Below, piece by piece: positions 37,259 through 46,493 of a stretch of DNA of 64,000 nucleotides. Within the stretch, counting starts at the first letter, position 1; every line of letters begins with the position of its first letter. A program made the position numbers and the translations under genes. Origin of the DNA: Bacteroidia bacterium (lineage in GTDB: Bacteria > Bacteroidota > Bacteroidia > 2-12-FULL-35-15); NCBI GenBank assembly GCA_045805205.1, contig JBJMLR010000011.1, forward strand, positions 467,803 to 531,802, read 5' to 3'. A model generated the notes under the pieces. The model saw only the letters and a program-made list of their open reading frames with translations. It did not search any database and had not been told where the DNA came from.

Positions 37259-38377
37259 TTATTGTACTATTAATTTTCCCTGCTGTATTTTATTATTATT
37301 ATCTATAATACTGTAAAAATAAATTCCTTTGGCTTTTCCGGAAATGTCAACCGTGCAGGAGTTGTTTTGTGTTCTCGTTGTGCTGATCACTCTGCCTGTG
37401 ATATCCATGATCTCGATACTGCAATCATTTTGAATATTGCTGAAAACAAAATGTCCGTTACCCGGATTTGGAGAAACGCTGATCTTTTCCGGCTGTGAGT
37501 AATTATCAATTCCTGTTGCGCTCACATAAAAATTCCAGGGCAATGAATATCCGCTGATATGTCCGCCGTTATTTGTATTGACGCGCCAGAAATATTTTCC
37601 GGGCGTCATCGCATTTACGGTATACTGGTTGGTCCCCACGTCCACCGACCGGTAGGTCGTTGCAAAAGTAGAATCCTGGCTCACCTGCACATGATAGATG
37701 ATTCCATCGGGTACGGCGTTCCATTTCAGAACACGTGCAGTTGCAGCGCTTACCGACCCTGTCGCAGGAAGTGTATGTACAGGAGCATTCGGAATGGAGT
37801 CGTTGGATCCGATGTAAGTGATGAACATTTCGATCTTATCGAAAGGATCATCTGCGGTGTCACGCGGAGCGCTCACGATCGTATCCACGTAATTCATTCC
37901 TGCAACCACTCTTCCATAAATGGAATAATTTCCATCCAGCCAGGGCGCAGCAGCAACACAAATAAAAAATTGTGAATTAGCACTGTTGGGGTCTGTATCA
38001 CGTGCCGCCGACAAAATTCCCCGCTTGTGTTTGGCTGCGGTGAACTCCGCTGGTACGGTCGGCTGTGAGGGATCGCCATACCCCCAGGTGGAACGCGGAC
38101 CGTGCCGGGAATTAGGATCTCCGCCCTGGATCATAAATCCGGGGATCACGCGGTGAAAAGCAGTGGTATCATAAAAGGAGTAGCTTACCAGGCTGTCAAA
38201 ATTACTGGTTGCCAACGGCGCGATGGCCGGAAAAAGCTCTACATTGATAATACCTAACGTATCACCCAGTCGTTTGGTCAGGATCTGGTATTGCGGTTTG
38301 CCGGTGAAAGCCCGGGACTGGGAGAACGCCGCGGAGGAAAATGCAAATAATAATAAGATGAGGAAATGTCTTTTCAT
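37259..38377 (-). CDS. Cyclophilin-type peptidyl-prolyl cis-trans isomerase with a T9SS type A C-terminal sorting domain
   Basis: FHRVIPGFMIQGGDP is the cyclophilin core. The C-terminus ...GIYFYSIIDNNNKIQQGKLIVQ is Por_Secre_tail-like. Confidence 0.85.
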   Translation of the reverse strand: MKRHFLILLLFAFSSAAFSQSRAFTGKPQYQILTKRLGDTLGIINVELFPAIAPLATSNFDSLVSYSFYDTTAFHRVIPGFMIQGGDPNSRHGPRSTWGYGDPSQPTVPAEFTAAKHKRGILSAARDTDPNSANSQFFICVAAAPWLDGNYSIYGRVVAGMNYVDTIVSAPRDTADDPFDKIEMFITYIGSNDSIPNAPVHTLPATGSVSAATARVLKWNAVPDGIIYHVQVSQDSTFATTYRSVDVGTNQYTVNAMTPGKYFWRVNTNNGGHISGYSLPWNFYVSATGIDNYSQPEKISVSPNPGNGHFVFSNIQNDCSIEIMDITGRVISTTRTQNNSCTVDISGKAKGIYFYSIIDNNNKIQQGKLIVQ

Positions 38378-38570
38378 TTAGTAAATATAATTAAAGTGGC
38401 AGATTTATACAAGCGTCTCGCAGAGTAGAGACGGATTGTCTTAAAAGATCGGATTGCATGATGTTGTCGGTTCGGGTAAAATGAAGAGGCGTTTTTTGAT
38501 CTTTTTCACGAAAAATATCTTCCTGGTCTTCAAAATGGACTAAATTAGCCCCGGAAAAAAACAAAAACTC

Positions 38571-39623
38571 ATGAAAAAAAATCTACTTTTTACATTCGCT
38601 GCAATCTGCCTCAGTCTTTGCGTGAAAGCACAGGTCCCTACGCTTAATCTCGAGGCGGAATACCGCTTTTCAACGAATGCAGATGACACAGGGCCAAACA
38701 ACTACGATGGAATGAATGTGGGAGCAACGCTCACGGCGGACCGGTTCGGAAATATGAACGCTGCTTACGATTTTTCTTCTGCGGGCTATATCGACTGTAA
38801 TGATGTGCTTGACGGCGTGCTGGCCGGATCCGGGAAGAAATTCACGATCTCCTTCTGGGTCAAGCCTGCCGGAACAAATGCAAATAATTTTGTGCTGTCA
38901 AAGCATGCGGATGCCGGTTGCGGGTTAAATGAAAGACAGTTCTTTATTCGTATCCTCAGCGATAAGGTGAATGTTGAGTATTATGGCGATAATGCCGGAA
39001 CAATGGGACGATTTATATGCGGCACCACAACACTTACGAACACCTCACACTGGTACAATGTTGTCGTGACCTATGACGGAACGATCAATACAAATAATGG
39101 TCTCGATCGGGTTCGGATCTATGTTGACAATGTCGCGGAAACAACATCCTTGTCATGCAGAACACAGTCCGGAACATTTCCTTTTGACATTCCTGTCGGG
39201 CCTGCCCGGTTTGGAATTGGGAATTATCTTACCAGCGGAGGCAGCGCATGTCTGTCGTCCACCAGATACAACGGTATTATCGACGACATCAGAATTTACA
39301 GCCGCTTGCTGACCTCGTCTGAAATAACGCAATTATATGGTGAAACAACAGCCGGGATCGGCGATCATCCATCCGGTCTCATGCTTGATGTTTTTCCGAA
39401 TCCTGCTTCGACCCAATTCACCGTGACCCTGAAGCCGCTGCATGAAAGTTCAGTGTTAGCGATAACGAATGTTCTGGGAGAAGAAATAGCCAGATATAAA
39501 CTGAACCCGGATCAGAAGAGCGCTATCGTCGAGACGGATGATCTTAAAGACGGAGTTTATTTTGTATGCATTCTGTCTGACGGCAGAAAGCTCGCTTCAA
39601 AAAAAGTGATTGTTGTGAAATAA
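38571..39623 (+). CDS. LamG/concanavalin-A-like lectin domain protein with a T9SS type A C-terminal sorting domain
   Basis: A signal peptide, then a LamG-like body (...VRIYVDNVAE...DDIRIYSRLLTSSEI), then a C-terminus LDVFPNPAS...GVYFVCILSDG...KKVIVVK. Confidence 0.7.
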   Translation: MKKNLLFTFAAICLSLCVKAQVPTLNLEAEYRFSTNADDTGPNNYDGMNVGATLTADRFGNMNAAYDFSSAGYIDCNDVLDGVLAGSGKKFTISFWVKPAGTNANNFVLSKHADAGCGLNERQFFIRILSDKVNVEYYGDNAGTMGRFICGTTTLTNTSHWYNVVVTYDGTINTNNGLDRVRIYVDNVAETTSLSCRTQSGTFPFDIPVGPARFGIGNYLTSGGSACLSSTRYNGIIDDIRIYSRLLTSSEITQLYGETTAGIGDHPSGLMLDVFPNPASTQFTVTLKPLHESSVLAITNVLGEEIARYKLNPDQKSAIVETDDLKDGVYFVCILSDGRKLASKKVIVVK

Positions 39624-39640
39624 GAATCAAACAGAAAAAT

Positions 39641-39667
39641 GAAAAGCCCCGGTAAGGGGCTTTTTTA
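39641..39667 (+). terminator. Intrinsic terminator (gcccc-ggtaa-ggggc plus T6)
   Basis: Seen directly. Confidence 0.7.
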
Positions 39668-39845
39668 TTGCCACATCTTTTCCGGAAAGCTGGGGAATCC
39701 GGTTCCGCTCCGATTACGTTAATTTGTTTTTGCAATCTCAATGCTTTTTGTAAATTTGATTTCCTCCCATTGAATTTTATTGGTTTTATTGCGCTGCGCA
39801 TGAAAGTTCTGCCCCAAGCTCATGCCATGTACTTAATTGTAAAAA

Positions 39846-40502
39846 ATGAGTATGAAGACAATCAAGCTTATGCTGGCAGACGATCATTGCTTGTTCCGCA
39901 AGGGACTCCGCTTGCTGATCGAAGATTTTAAGAATGTCGAGATCATCGGCGAAGCACCGAACGGAAAAGTTCTCATCGAGCAGGTCGCTCAAAAAAAGCC
40001 GGACATCGTTTTGATGGACCTGAGCATGCCGGTAATGGATGGGGTAGCGGCAACCAGGTACCTGAAATCGCATTATCCTGATATCCGGATCATCGTGCTT
40101 ACCATATACGAGGAAGAAAGAATGATCCTCGACCTTATCGGGCTGGGAGTAAATTCTTATCTTTTTAAGAACGCAGACCCCGACGAGCTGGAAAAGGCGA
40201 TCGGCAGTGTAATGGAGACGGGGCTCTTCTTCAACGAATATGTTGCAAAAGTGCTCCACAAGGAGATCTCGTCAAAACATTCGAACCCAAAGGAAGTAAG
40301 CGCTCATTCCGGATTCTCCGAGCAGGAGTTGTATGTGCTGAAGCTGATCTGTGAAGAGCTGACGGTCCAGCAGATCTCTGAAAAAGTATTTCTGAGTCCG
40401 CGAACGGTCGAAGGATATCGCCGTCGGCTCCTTAAAAAAACGAATGCAAGGAATACAGCAGGCATCGTAAAATTTGCTATGAGAAACGGGCTCATCCATT
40501 GA
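39846..40502 (+). CDS. NarL/FixJ-family response regulator (LuxR-type HTH)
   Basis: Receiver domain (LADDHCLFRKGL...VLMDLSMP) and a C-terminal LuxR HTH (LSEQELYVLKLICEELTVQQISEKVFLSPRTVEGYRRRLLKKT). Confidence 0.85.
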   Translation: MSMKTIKLMLADDHCLFRKGLRLLIEDFKNVEIIGEAPNGKVLIEQVAQKKPDIVLMDLSMPVMDGVAATRYLKSHYPDIRIIVLTIYEEERMILDLIGLGVNSYLFKNADPDELEKAIGSVMETGLFFNEYVAKVLHKEISSKHSNPKEVSAHSGFSEQELYVLKLICEELTVQQISEKVFLSPRTVEGYRRRLLKKTNARNTAGIVKFAMRNGLIH

Positions 40503-40641
40503 TCCGTAGAACTACGGTTCCGATTGCGTACAACTACGCAAAATCAACAGTAAGGTTGGTTCGAAGACAAGTTGAATTACTTTTACATCTCACACCCAGG
40601 TATTTTAATTCAATTTAATTATTAATTAAAAACCAAAAATC

Positions 40642-40977
40642 ATGAAAAAATTATTGAGAAGTTTTGCTGTCGTGGTAGCAGTTATCGCGTCAGCAGCAGC
40701 ATCGTATGCGCAGCCAACGAATCCAAAAGCATTGGAAGGCAGGGCGCGCGGTGCGGCAGAAGAATGTCTTCAGCCTTACCGCGGAAGCTTGTACGAGATC
40801 AGTGCAAGCACCGATGTGACAGGGATCTGTTTTGTTGAAGGCTTTACTTACCGTGTTTCTTTTTACGCCGGACCGAACTGTAATGGACCTGGACCATGTC
40901 CGGCTTTCCCAACCGTTCTGGTTGCCACAGTCGATTTCGGCTGCGAAGGCGAAATACTGAATGTAACTTGCCATTAA
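40642..40977 (+). CDS. Small secreted Cys-rich protein (paralog 1)
   Basis: A signal peptide and 6 Cys. The C-terminal motif CPAFPTVLVATVDFGCEGEIL is shared with the next ORF. Confidence 0.5.
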   Translation: MKKLLRSFAVVVAVIASAAASYAQPTNPKALEGRARGAAEECLQPYRGSLYEISASTDVTGICFVEGFTYRVSFYAGPNCNGPGPCPAFPTVLVATVDFGCEGEILNVTCH

Positions 40978-41021
40978 AGAATTTCAAACTATTAAGTCTA
41001 ACTACAAAAAACTAAAAAGCT

Positions 41022-41360
41022 ATGAAAACAGTAAAAGCACTTTTCTTATCGGGAGTATTTGCATTGTTGTTAACAACAGGAGCAAGAGCTGCGGAGCCAA
41101 CCAGTGACGGACATTATGTGGGACAGGCGACAGCACAGCTGCATGATTGTCTCTCGGCTGCTCATTCATCCGGAGTGGATGTTCAGTCTTCCGTGAGCCA
41201 TGATGCAGCATCCTGCACAACTACGGTTACATTTACCGGAACGCCTCATTGTCCCGGAAACCAGCCTTGTCCGTTCTTTGCGATCCTGATCGGGTCGGTA
41301 ACATTTGATTGCGATGGGAACATCATCGCGTCTTCCTGTGCATCAGGTGGAACGATGTAA
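41022..41360 (+). CDS. Small secreted Cys-rich protein (paralog 2)
   Basis: A signal peptide and CPFFAILIGSVTFDCDGNII, paralogous to the preceding ORF. Confidence 0.5.
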   Translation: MKTVKALFLSGVFALLLTTGARAAEPTSDGHYVGQATAQLHDCLSAAHSSGVDVQSSVSHDAASCTTTVTFTGTPHCPGNQPCPFFAILIGSVTFDCDGNIIASSCASGGTM

Positions 41361-41380
41361 GCCTTGTGTAAAAAACAGTA

Positions 41381-41410
41381 AAAGGGAAGGAGCAATTCTT
41401 CCCTTTTTTT
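41381..41410 (+). terminator. Intrinsic terminator (gggaag...cttccc plus T7)
   Basis: Seen directly. Confidence 0.65.
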
Positions 41411-41448
41411 GTTTGATTTTTGACGGAAGAGTTGTATTGAAAATAAAA

Positions 41449-41485
41449 AGCCCTTAAAAGCATTGTGTTTTAAGGGGCTTTTGTT
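41449..41485 (+). terminator. Second hairpin plus T-run (agcccttaaaa...ttttaaggggct ttt)
   Basis: Seen directly. Confidence 0.5.
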
Positions 41486-41530
41486 GTCCGACCCGAACTC
41501 CCTTCGACTTCTTTCAGGACAAGCTTCCCG
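41483..41530 (-). repeat. 11-nt duplicate of the tRNA-Gln 3' end (gttgtccgacc) fused to a dispersed-repeat copy (cccttcgacttc...)
   Basis: gttgtccgacc at 41483-41493 equals 41583-41593. It is followed by cgaac and the reverse-oriented gagtcgaaggg motif. Confidence 0.55.
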
Positions 41531-41544
41531 CGAAAGTATTCAAA

Positions 41545-41578
41545 TAAAAAAGCCTCTGATTTTCAGAGGCTTTTTTTC
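41545..41578 (-). terminator. Bidirectional hairpin terminator (gcctctga-tttt-tcagaggc) flanked by an A-run and a T-run, directly downstream of tRNA-Gln
   Basis: Seen directly. Confidence 0.7.
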
Positions 41579-41583
41579 TTAAG

Positions 41584-41656
41584 TTGTCCGACCAGGGCTC
41601 GAACCTGGACTCTTCTGAACCAAAATCAGACGTGTTGCCAGTTACACCATCGGACA
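41584..41656 (-). tRNA. tRNA-Gln (anticodon UUG)
   Basis: Manual cloverleaf of TGTCCGA-TG-GTGT-AACTGGCA-ACAC-G-TCTGA-TTTTGGT-TCAGA-AGAGT-CCAGG-TTCGAGC-CCTGG-TCGGACA-A. The U1:A72 pair is typical of bacterial tRNA-Gln; 73 nt. Confidence 0.9.
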
Positions 41657-41699
41657 GTGTACGCCGTAGCTTTAGCGAAGGCGTGCTGTAATTTACCGG

Positions 41700-41743
41700 C
41701 TCCCGGGTCACCTCCGCGGAGGCTTCGGCGACCGAAGGGCTGC
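41700..41743 (+). repeat. Dispersed repeat copy (gtcacctccgcggaggcttcggcgaccgaagggctgc) upstream of tRNA-Gln
   Basis: Seen directly. Confidence 0.55.
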
Positions 41744-41889
41744 AAAAATAATAAATATATTCTGAAACCTGCAAATTAATGTAAAAATCGGGCCACCATG
41801 CCGGTAGATACCTTAACATTTTTTGGGTTGCAAAAGGCCCCGGCCTTCAGATTATTAATTATCTTCGCAAGCGTTTCAATTCAAAAAAT

Positions 41890-44800
41890 ATGAATAATAC
41901 CTCTAATTATCAGCGTCTTAATAATATCATCGGCTGGCTCGTTTTCCTTGTCGCCGCTTTTACATACTTAAGCACGATCGAATCCACCGCCTCCTTCTGG
42001 GATTGCGGGGAATACATCGCCTGTGCCTATAAATTAGAGGTCGGACACCCTCCCGGTGCTCCATTGTTCCTTCTCATCGGACGCTTTTTCAGCCTTTTTG
42101 CATTCGGCGACACGTCAAAAGTAGGCGCCATGATCAACTCCATGTCCGCACTTTGCAGCGCCTTCACCATTCTTTTCCTTTTCTGGACCATTACCGCATT
42201 TGCAAGAAAGATCATCGATCGCGGACAGGAACTCAGCACCGGTGGCATGTATGCGATCTTCGGAGCAGGAGCTGTCGGTGCGCTTGCCTATACATTCAGT
42301 GATTCGTTCTGGTTCTCCGCTGTAGAAGGCGAAGTGTATGCGATGTCTTCTTTCTTCACTGCCATCGTATTCTGGGCCATCCTGAAATGGGAGCGGGAAG
42401 TAGATGATAATCCGCATGCTGACCGCTGGATCATTTTCATTGCATACATGGTTGGGCTTTCCATTGGTGTTCACCTCTTGAACTTACTTACGATCCCCGC
42501 CATCGTATTCATCTATTATTTCAAAAGAAACCAGAAAGTTACCCGGAACGGACTGATCCTTACCGGGATCATCGCTATCGTGATCCTCGGCGGGATCCAG
42601 GGAGGTGTAATTCCCCTTATCGTAAAGCTGGCTGCCAAATTTGAGCTGATCGCCGTGAATAACCTCGGAATGCCGTTCAATAGCGGCACTATCATCTACG
42701 GAATCCTTGTGGTTGCTGCCATTGTCTGGGGACTTCGCTTTACCGCAAAACGTGTAAAGCCGGTTATGAATACCATTATTCTTTGCTTCACAGTACTCCT
42801 GATCGGGTATTCCACCTTTATTATTCTCGTGATCCGCTCCCAGGCTAATCCGCCGATGGATGAAAATAATCCTGAAAATGCCGTTAATTTATTGTCGTAC
42901 CTCAACCGCGAGCAGTACGGAACCTGGCCGATCCTTTACGGACAGTATTTCTCCGCTCCGGTGATCAGCTATGAAGATGGTAACCCCGTTTACATTCAGG
43001 ACAGCAAAACGGGAAAATACATCGTCAGCGACCCGAGAAAAGATGCGATCCGTGTATATGATCCTGATTTCTGCACAGTGTTCCCGCGTATGTGGAGCGA
43101 TCAGTCGCAGCACATAGCCGGTTACCACAAGTGGACAAATCCGCGGAACTACCGGCATAAGAATATCAGGGATCCTCAGACCAGGGAAACCGTCTCCGCC
43201 GAGATTCCGACATTCGGCGAGAACCTGAAGTTCTTTTTCGTTTACCAGATCGGGCAGATGTACTCCCGCTATTTCCTCTGGAATTTTGTCGGAAGGCAAA
43301 ACGACATCCAGGGTCATGGAAATGCTACTGATGGCAACTGGATGAGCGGTATCGGTCTGCCGCTGCTTGATAATCCACGCATCGGGAAACAAGAGCATAT
43401 GCCGGATATGGGCGATAATAACAAAGCAAGGAACACGCTTTACGGACTGCCTCTGTTGCTTGGCCTCATCGGATTGTATTATCATATCCGGAAAAGTAAG
43501 CGGGATGCCGCAGTTGTCGGTTTGTTATTCTTCTTCACCGGCGTTGCAATCGTGATCTACCTGAACCAGAAACCATTTGAGCCCCGCGAACGTGATTATG
43601 CTTATGCCGCTTCTTTTTATGCATTTGCGATCTGGATCGGACTGGGAGTGCTTTCAATTTATGAAGGCATTATCAAATACATGAATCAAACCACTGCTTC
43701 CATTGCTGCTACGGTTGCGTGTCTGCTAGCAGTGCCAACCATCATGGCAAAAGAAGAATGGGATGATCATGATCGTTCGGATCGTTACATTGCCCGCGAT
43801 TTTGCAGCGAACTACCTGAACTCCTGTGCCCCGAATGCGATCCTCTTTACCAACGGTGATAATGATACTTTCCCGCTCTGGTATGCTCAGGAAGTGGAAG
43901 GCATCCGTACCGACGTTCGTGTCATCTGCCTCGAGCTCCTGAATACGGATTGGTATATTGACCAGATGGTACACAAAGCCTACGATTCGGATCCGGTTCC
44001 GTTCTCATTCACACAGTGGCAATACCGCCAGGGAACACGCGAAGCCGTGCTGTTCAGTAACTATAAGAACAAAAAAGTAGACGGATATATCGATGTGAAA
44101 GAGCTGATCGACTTTGTGAAGCACGACGATCTTGATCATAAAGTGCAGGTTTCGGAAAGCACCTGGTATAATTTCTTCCCGACAAAGAACATGCGTGTTA
44201 CTGTCGACAGCGCAACGGTTGTGAATAATGGAACTGTTCCGAAGGAGCTTGCAGGGCGCGTTCTTAAGAACATCGACTGGTCGCCAACCGGTCAGTATAT
44301 TCAGAAGAATGACCTGATGGTGATCGACCTGCTGGCACAGAACAACTGGAAGCGCCCGATCTATTTTGCTGCCACAGCGCCGCCGGAATCCTATCTCAAC
44401 CTCGCACCGTACATGCAGCTGGAAGGATTTGCATACCGTCTCGTTCCTATCGAGCAGAACGAAAAGGAGGCAGCACAAGGCGAAACCCGTGTTGCAACCG
44501 ACATCATGTACGATAATTTCATGAACAAGTTCAAGTTCGGTAACATGGACAAGCCTGGAATCTACCTGGATGATGTGTTCCTGAGGTCTTGTGCACTGAA
44601 CGTCCGTCAGCGTGCCGGACAGCTTGCATCTGCTTTGGCTGATGAAGGTAAGAAAGATAAGGCGATCAAAGTGCTCGACAAAGCAATGGCTGTGACGCCG
44701 TTTGAAAATGTTCCGATCGATGCATCGCTTTATTCCATTGTGCTTGGCTACTACCAAGCCGGAGCTAACGACAAGGCAATTGCATTGTCAAAAAAGCTGT

Positions 44801-45018
44801 TCGATAACTTCGAAGGAAATGTGAACTACTATTATTCACTCGATCGTTCGGATCTTGCATCATACGGACCGGAAATGAAACAGGCGCAAAGCATCATGGA
44901 ACAGCTGATCTCATTTGCGAATTATTTCAAGCAGCCGGCATTGAGCAAAGAGTTCGAGACAAGATATACGACCTTGTTGACTAAATATCATTTAAAACCT
45001 CGCAGAGGAGGAGAATAA
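41890..45018 (+). CDS. DUF2723-like (PMT/GT39-like) large membrane protein with a C-terminal TPR-like region
   Basis: N-terminus ...STASFWDCGEYIACAYKLEVGHPPGAPLF, about 11 TM helices, and a long soluble C-terminus. Family assignment is from memory of the DUF2723 N-terminal motif. Confidence 0.7.
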   Translation: MNNTSNYQRLNNIIGWLVFLVAAFTYLSTIESTASFWDCGEYIACAYKLEVGHPPGAPLFLLIGRFFSLFAFGDTSKVGAMINSMSALCSAFTILFLFWTITAFARKIIDRGQELSTGGMYAIFGAGAVGALAYTFSDSFWFSAVEGEVYAMSSFFTAIVFWAILKWEREVDDNPHADRWIIFIAYMVGLSIGVHLLNLLTIPAIVFIYYFKRNQKVTRNGLILTGIIAIVILGGIQGGVIPLIVKLAAKFELIAVNNLGMPFNSGTIIYGILVVAAIVWGLRFTAKRVKPVMNTIILCFTVLLIGYSTFIILVIRSQANPPMDENNPENAVNLLSYLNREQYGTWPILYGQYFSAPVISYEDGNPVYIQDSKTGKYIVSDPRKDAIRVYDPDFCTVFPRMWSDQSQHIAGYHKWTNPRNYRHKNIRDPQTRETVSAEIPTFGENLKFFFVYQIGQMYSRYFLWNFVGRQNDIQGHGNATDGNWMSGIGLPLLDNPRIGKQEHMPDMGDNNKARNTLYGLPLLLGLIGLYYHIRKSKRDAAVVGLLFFFTGVAIVIYLNQKPFEPRERDYAYAASFYAFAIWIGLGVLSIYEGIIKYMNQTTASIAATVACLLAVPTIMAKEEWDDHDRSDRYIARDFAANYLNSCAPNAILFTNGDNDTFPLWYAQEVEGIRTDVRVICLELLNTDWYIDQMVHKAYDSDPVPFSFTQWQYRQGTREAVLFSNYKNKKVDGYIDVKELIDFVKHDDLDHKVQVSESTWYNFFPTKNMRVTVDSATVVNNGTVPKELAGRVLKNIDWSPTGQYIQKNDLMVIDLLAQNNWKRPIYFAATAPPESYLNLAPYMQLEGFAYRLVPIEQNEKEAAQGETRVATDIMYDNFMNKFKFGNMDKPGIYLDDVFLRSCALNVRQRAGQLASALADEGKKDKAIKVLDKAMAVTPFENVPIDASLYSIVLGYYQAGANDKAIALSKKLFDNFEGNVNYYYSLDRSDLASYGPEMKQAQSIMEQLISFANYFKQPALSKEFETRYTTLLTKYHLKPRRGGE

Positions 45019-45024
45019 TTCAAA

Positions 45025-45056
45025 AGCCCCGTATCAATCATGCGGGGCTTTTTTAT
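45025..45056 (+). terminator. Intrinsic terminator (agccccg...cggggct plus T6)
   Basis: Seen directly. Confidence 0.7.
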
Positions 45057-45066
45057 GACCTGAGCC

Positions 45067-45678
45067 TTGTATATTGTTCGTCCGACATATCTTCTGAGAC
45101 AGATCTATCCCGGTGCATTGTGGCGCATGCCCGCCGGTGAAAAAAAGATCTACCTGACGTTCGATGATGGCCCCGTTCCGGAGATCACTCCCGGTGTCCT
45201 GGATGTTCTGAAAGCCGAAAATGTAAAAGCGACTTTTTTCTGCGTTGGCGAAAATGTAGAAAAACATACAGAGATCTATCATCGCCTTATTTCTGAAGGA
45301 CATGCTGTTGGAAATCATACCTACAACCACCTGAACGGGTGGAAAACCCACGGGCACCAGTACGTACGCAACGTGTTGAAATGCGCCGGGCTGGTTGATT
45401 CAAAGTTGTTCCGCCCGCCCTACGGAAGAGCTAAAAAATCGCAGATGGCGGTGCTTTCTTCTCAGTACAAGATCGTGATGTGGGATGTGCTCACCTACGA
45501 TTATGACAAAAATACCACGCCGGAGCAATGTCTGAAAAATGCGAATGAGCATGTGCGCAACGGCTCCGTGATTGTTTTTCACGACAGCCTGAAAGCCCGT
45601 CGGAACATGGAGTACGCGCTGCCGCGATTTATTTCTTTCGCCAGGGAGAAAGGATTTGAATTCGGGCTGCTGGAATAA
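45067..45678 (+). CDS. Polysaccharide deacetylase (NodB homology domain) family protein
   Basis: YLTFDDGP, HAVGNHTYNH, LFRPPYG are NodB motifs. Confidence 0.85.
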   Translation: MYIVRPTYLLRQIYPGALWRMPAGEKKIYLTFDDGPVPEITPGVLDVLKAENVKATFFCVGENVEKHTEIYHRLISEGHAVGNHTYNHLNGWKTHGHQYVRNVLKCAGLVDSKLFRPPYGRAKKSQMAVLSSQYKIVMWDVLTYDYDKNTTPEQCLKNANEHVRNGSVIVFHDSLKARRNMEYALPRFISFAREKGFEFGLLE

Positions 45679-45693
45679 AAAATTGTTGAGCAG

Positions 45694-46482
45694 TTAAAAG
45701 TCGGCTGAAGAATTTTTTTCAATGTATCGGATAGCTTCTTCCTGCGTTTTCACCGCAAAATCCCTGTACCGGTCATGCACATCGATGATCTCTTCCAGTG
45801 CATCTTTTACCAGCTCCCGGTTCTTCCACGTTCTCAGCTCTTTTACAACGGTTTCCAAACATCCTTTTTTGTAGGCGATCTGTCCGAGAACATGAATGAG
45901 TGTACTCCGGACCCGTTCTGTTTTGTCATCCTGGAGCTCTTTCAGCAAGGGTAAAATATCCTCCGGATGTGTCCGTCCGCGAAGCTCTATCCCATGACAT
46001 ATTTCACGGCGGATCTCTTTATCTTCATGATGAAGAAAGCGTTTCGCGAAAGCGAGCACCGGCTTTGGATTCTTTTCTCCCATTTTTTTGATCGATCCGA
46101 TCACGGCATTACGAACAGAATGATGTTCATCAAAAAGTCCGGCCTCCATAAGCGGCTCAATAATATCGAAACAGTATTTTCCAATCTCTCCCCCGGCGTT
46201 GACAGCCGTTTGCCTTACCTTTTCATCCCCGTGAATGGAAAGCTTTCGCAGAACAGCAAGCAGCTCCTTTTCTGATTCCGGGTTCGAAATGTATATTTTG
46301 CCGATCGCGAGGTACGCATTCTTTCGGATGTACGTGTCCTCATCTGAAAAGTAAAGTAAAAGCGATGTTGTATTTCCGGAACGGATCCCGCTCAGGATCT
46401 CCCGGTGGATTCGCAATGCCAGTGCGGTTCTTTCTTCCTTTGGTAAATCATAAAATGCCATTATCTTCGTATGAGTATTCAA
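45694..46482 (-). CDS. HEAT/ARM-repeat protein, DNA-alkylation-repair (AlkD-like) family candidate
   Basis: 262 aa, all-helical, with repeats and a basic surface. The family call is tentative. Confidence 0.5.
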   Translation of the reverse strand: MNTHTKIMAFYDLPKEERTALALRIHREILSGIRSGNTTSLLLYFSDEDTYIRKNAYLAIGKIYISNPESEKELLAVLRKLSIHGDEKVRQTAVNAGGEIGKYCFDIIEPLMEAGLFDEHHSVRNAVIGSIKKMGEKNPKPVLAFAKRFLHHEDKEIRREICHGIELRGRTHPEDILPLLKELQDDKTERVRSTLIHVLGQIAYKKGCLETVVKELRTWKNRELVKDALEEIIDVHDRYRDFAVKTQEEAIRYIEKNSSADF

Positions 46483-46493
46483 AGATAGAGATT

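Noticed and set aside
41514-41819. 101-aa minus-strand ORF
   Set aside because: It overlaps tRNA-Gln and its terminator.
46365-46493. Upstream extension of the CHAT gene ORF
   Set aside because: It overlaps the convergent HEAT-repeat gene. The signal peptide begins at the ATG at 46494.
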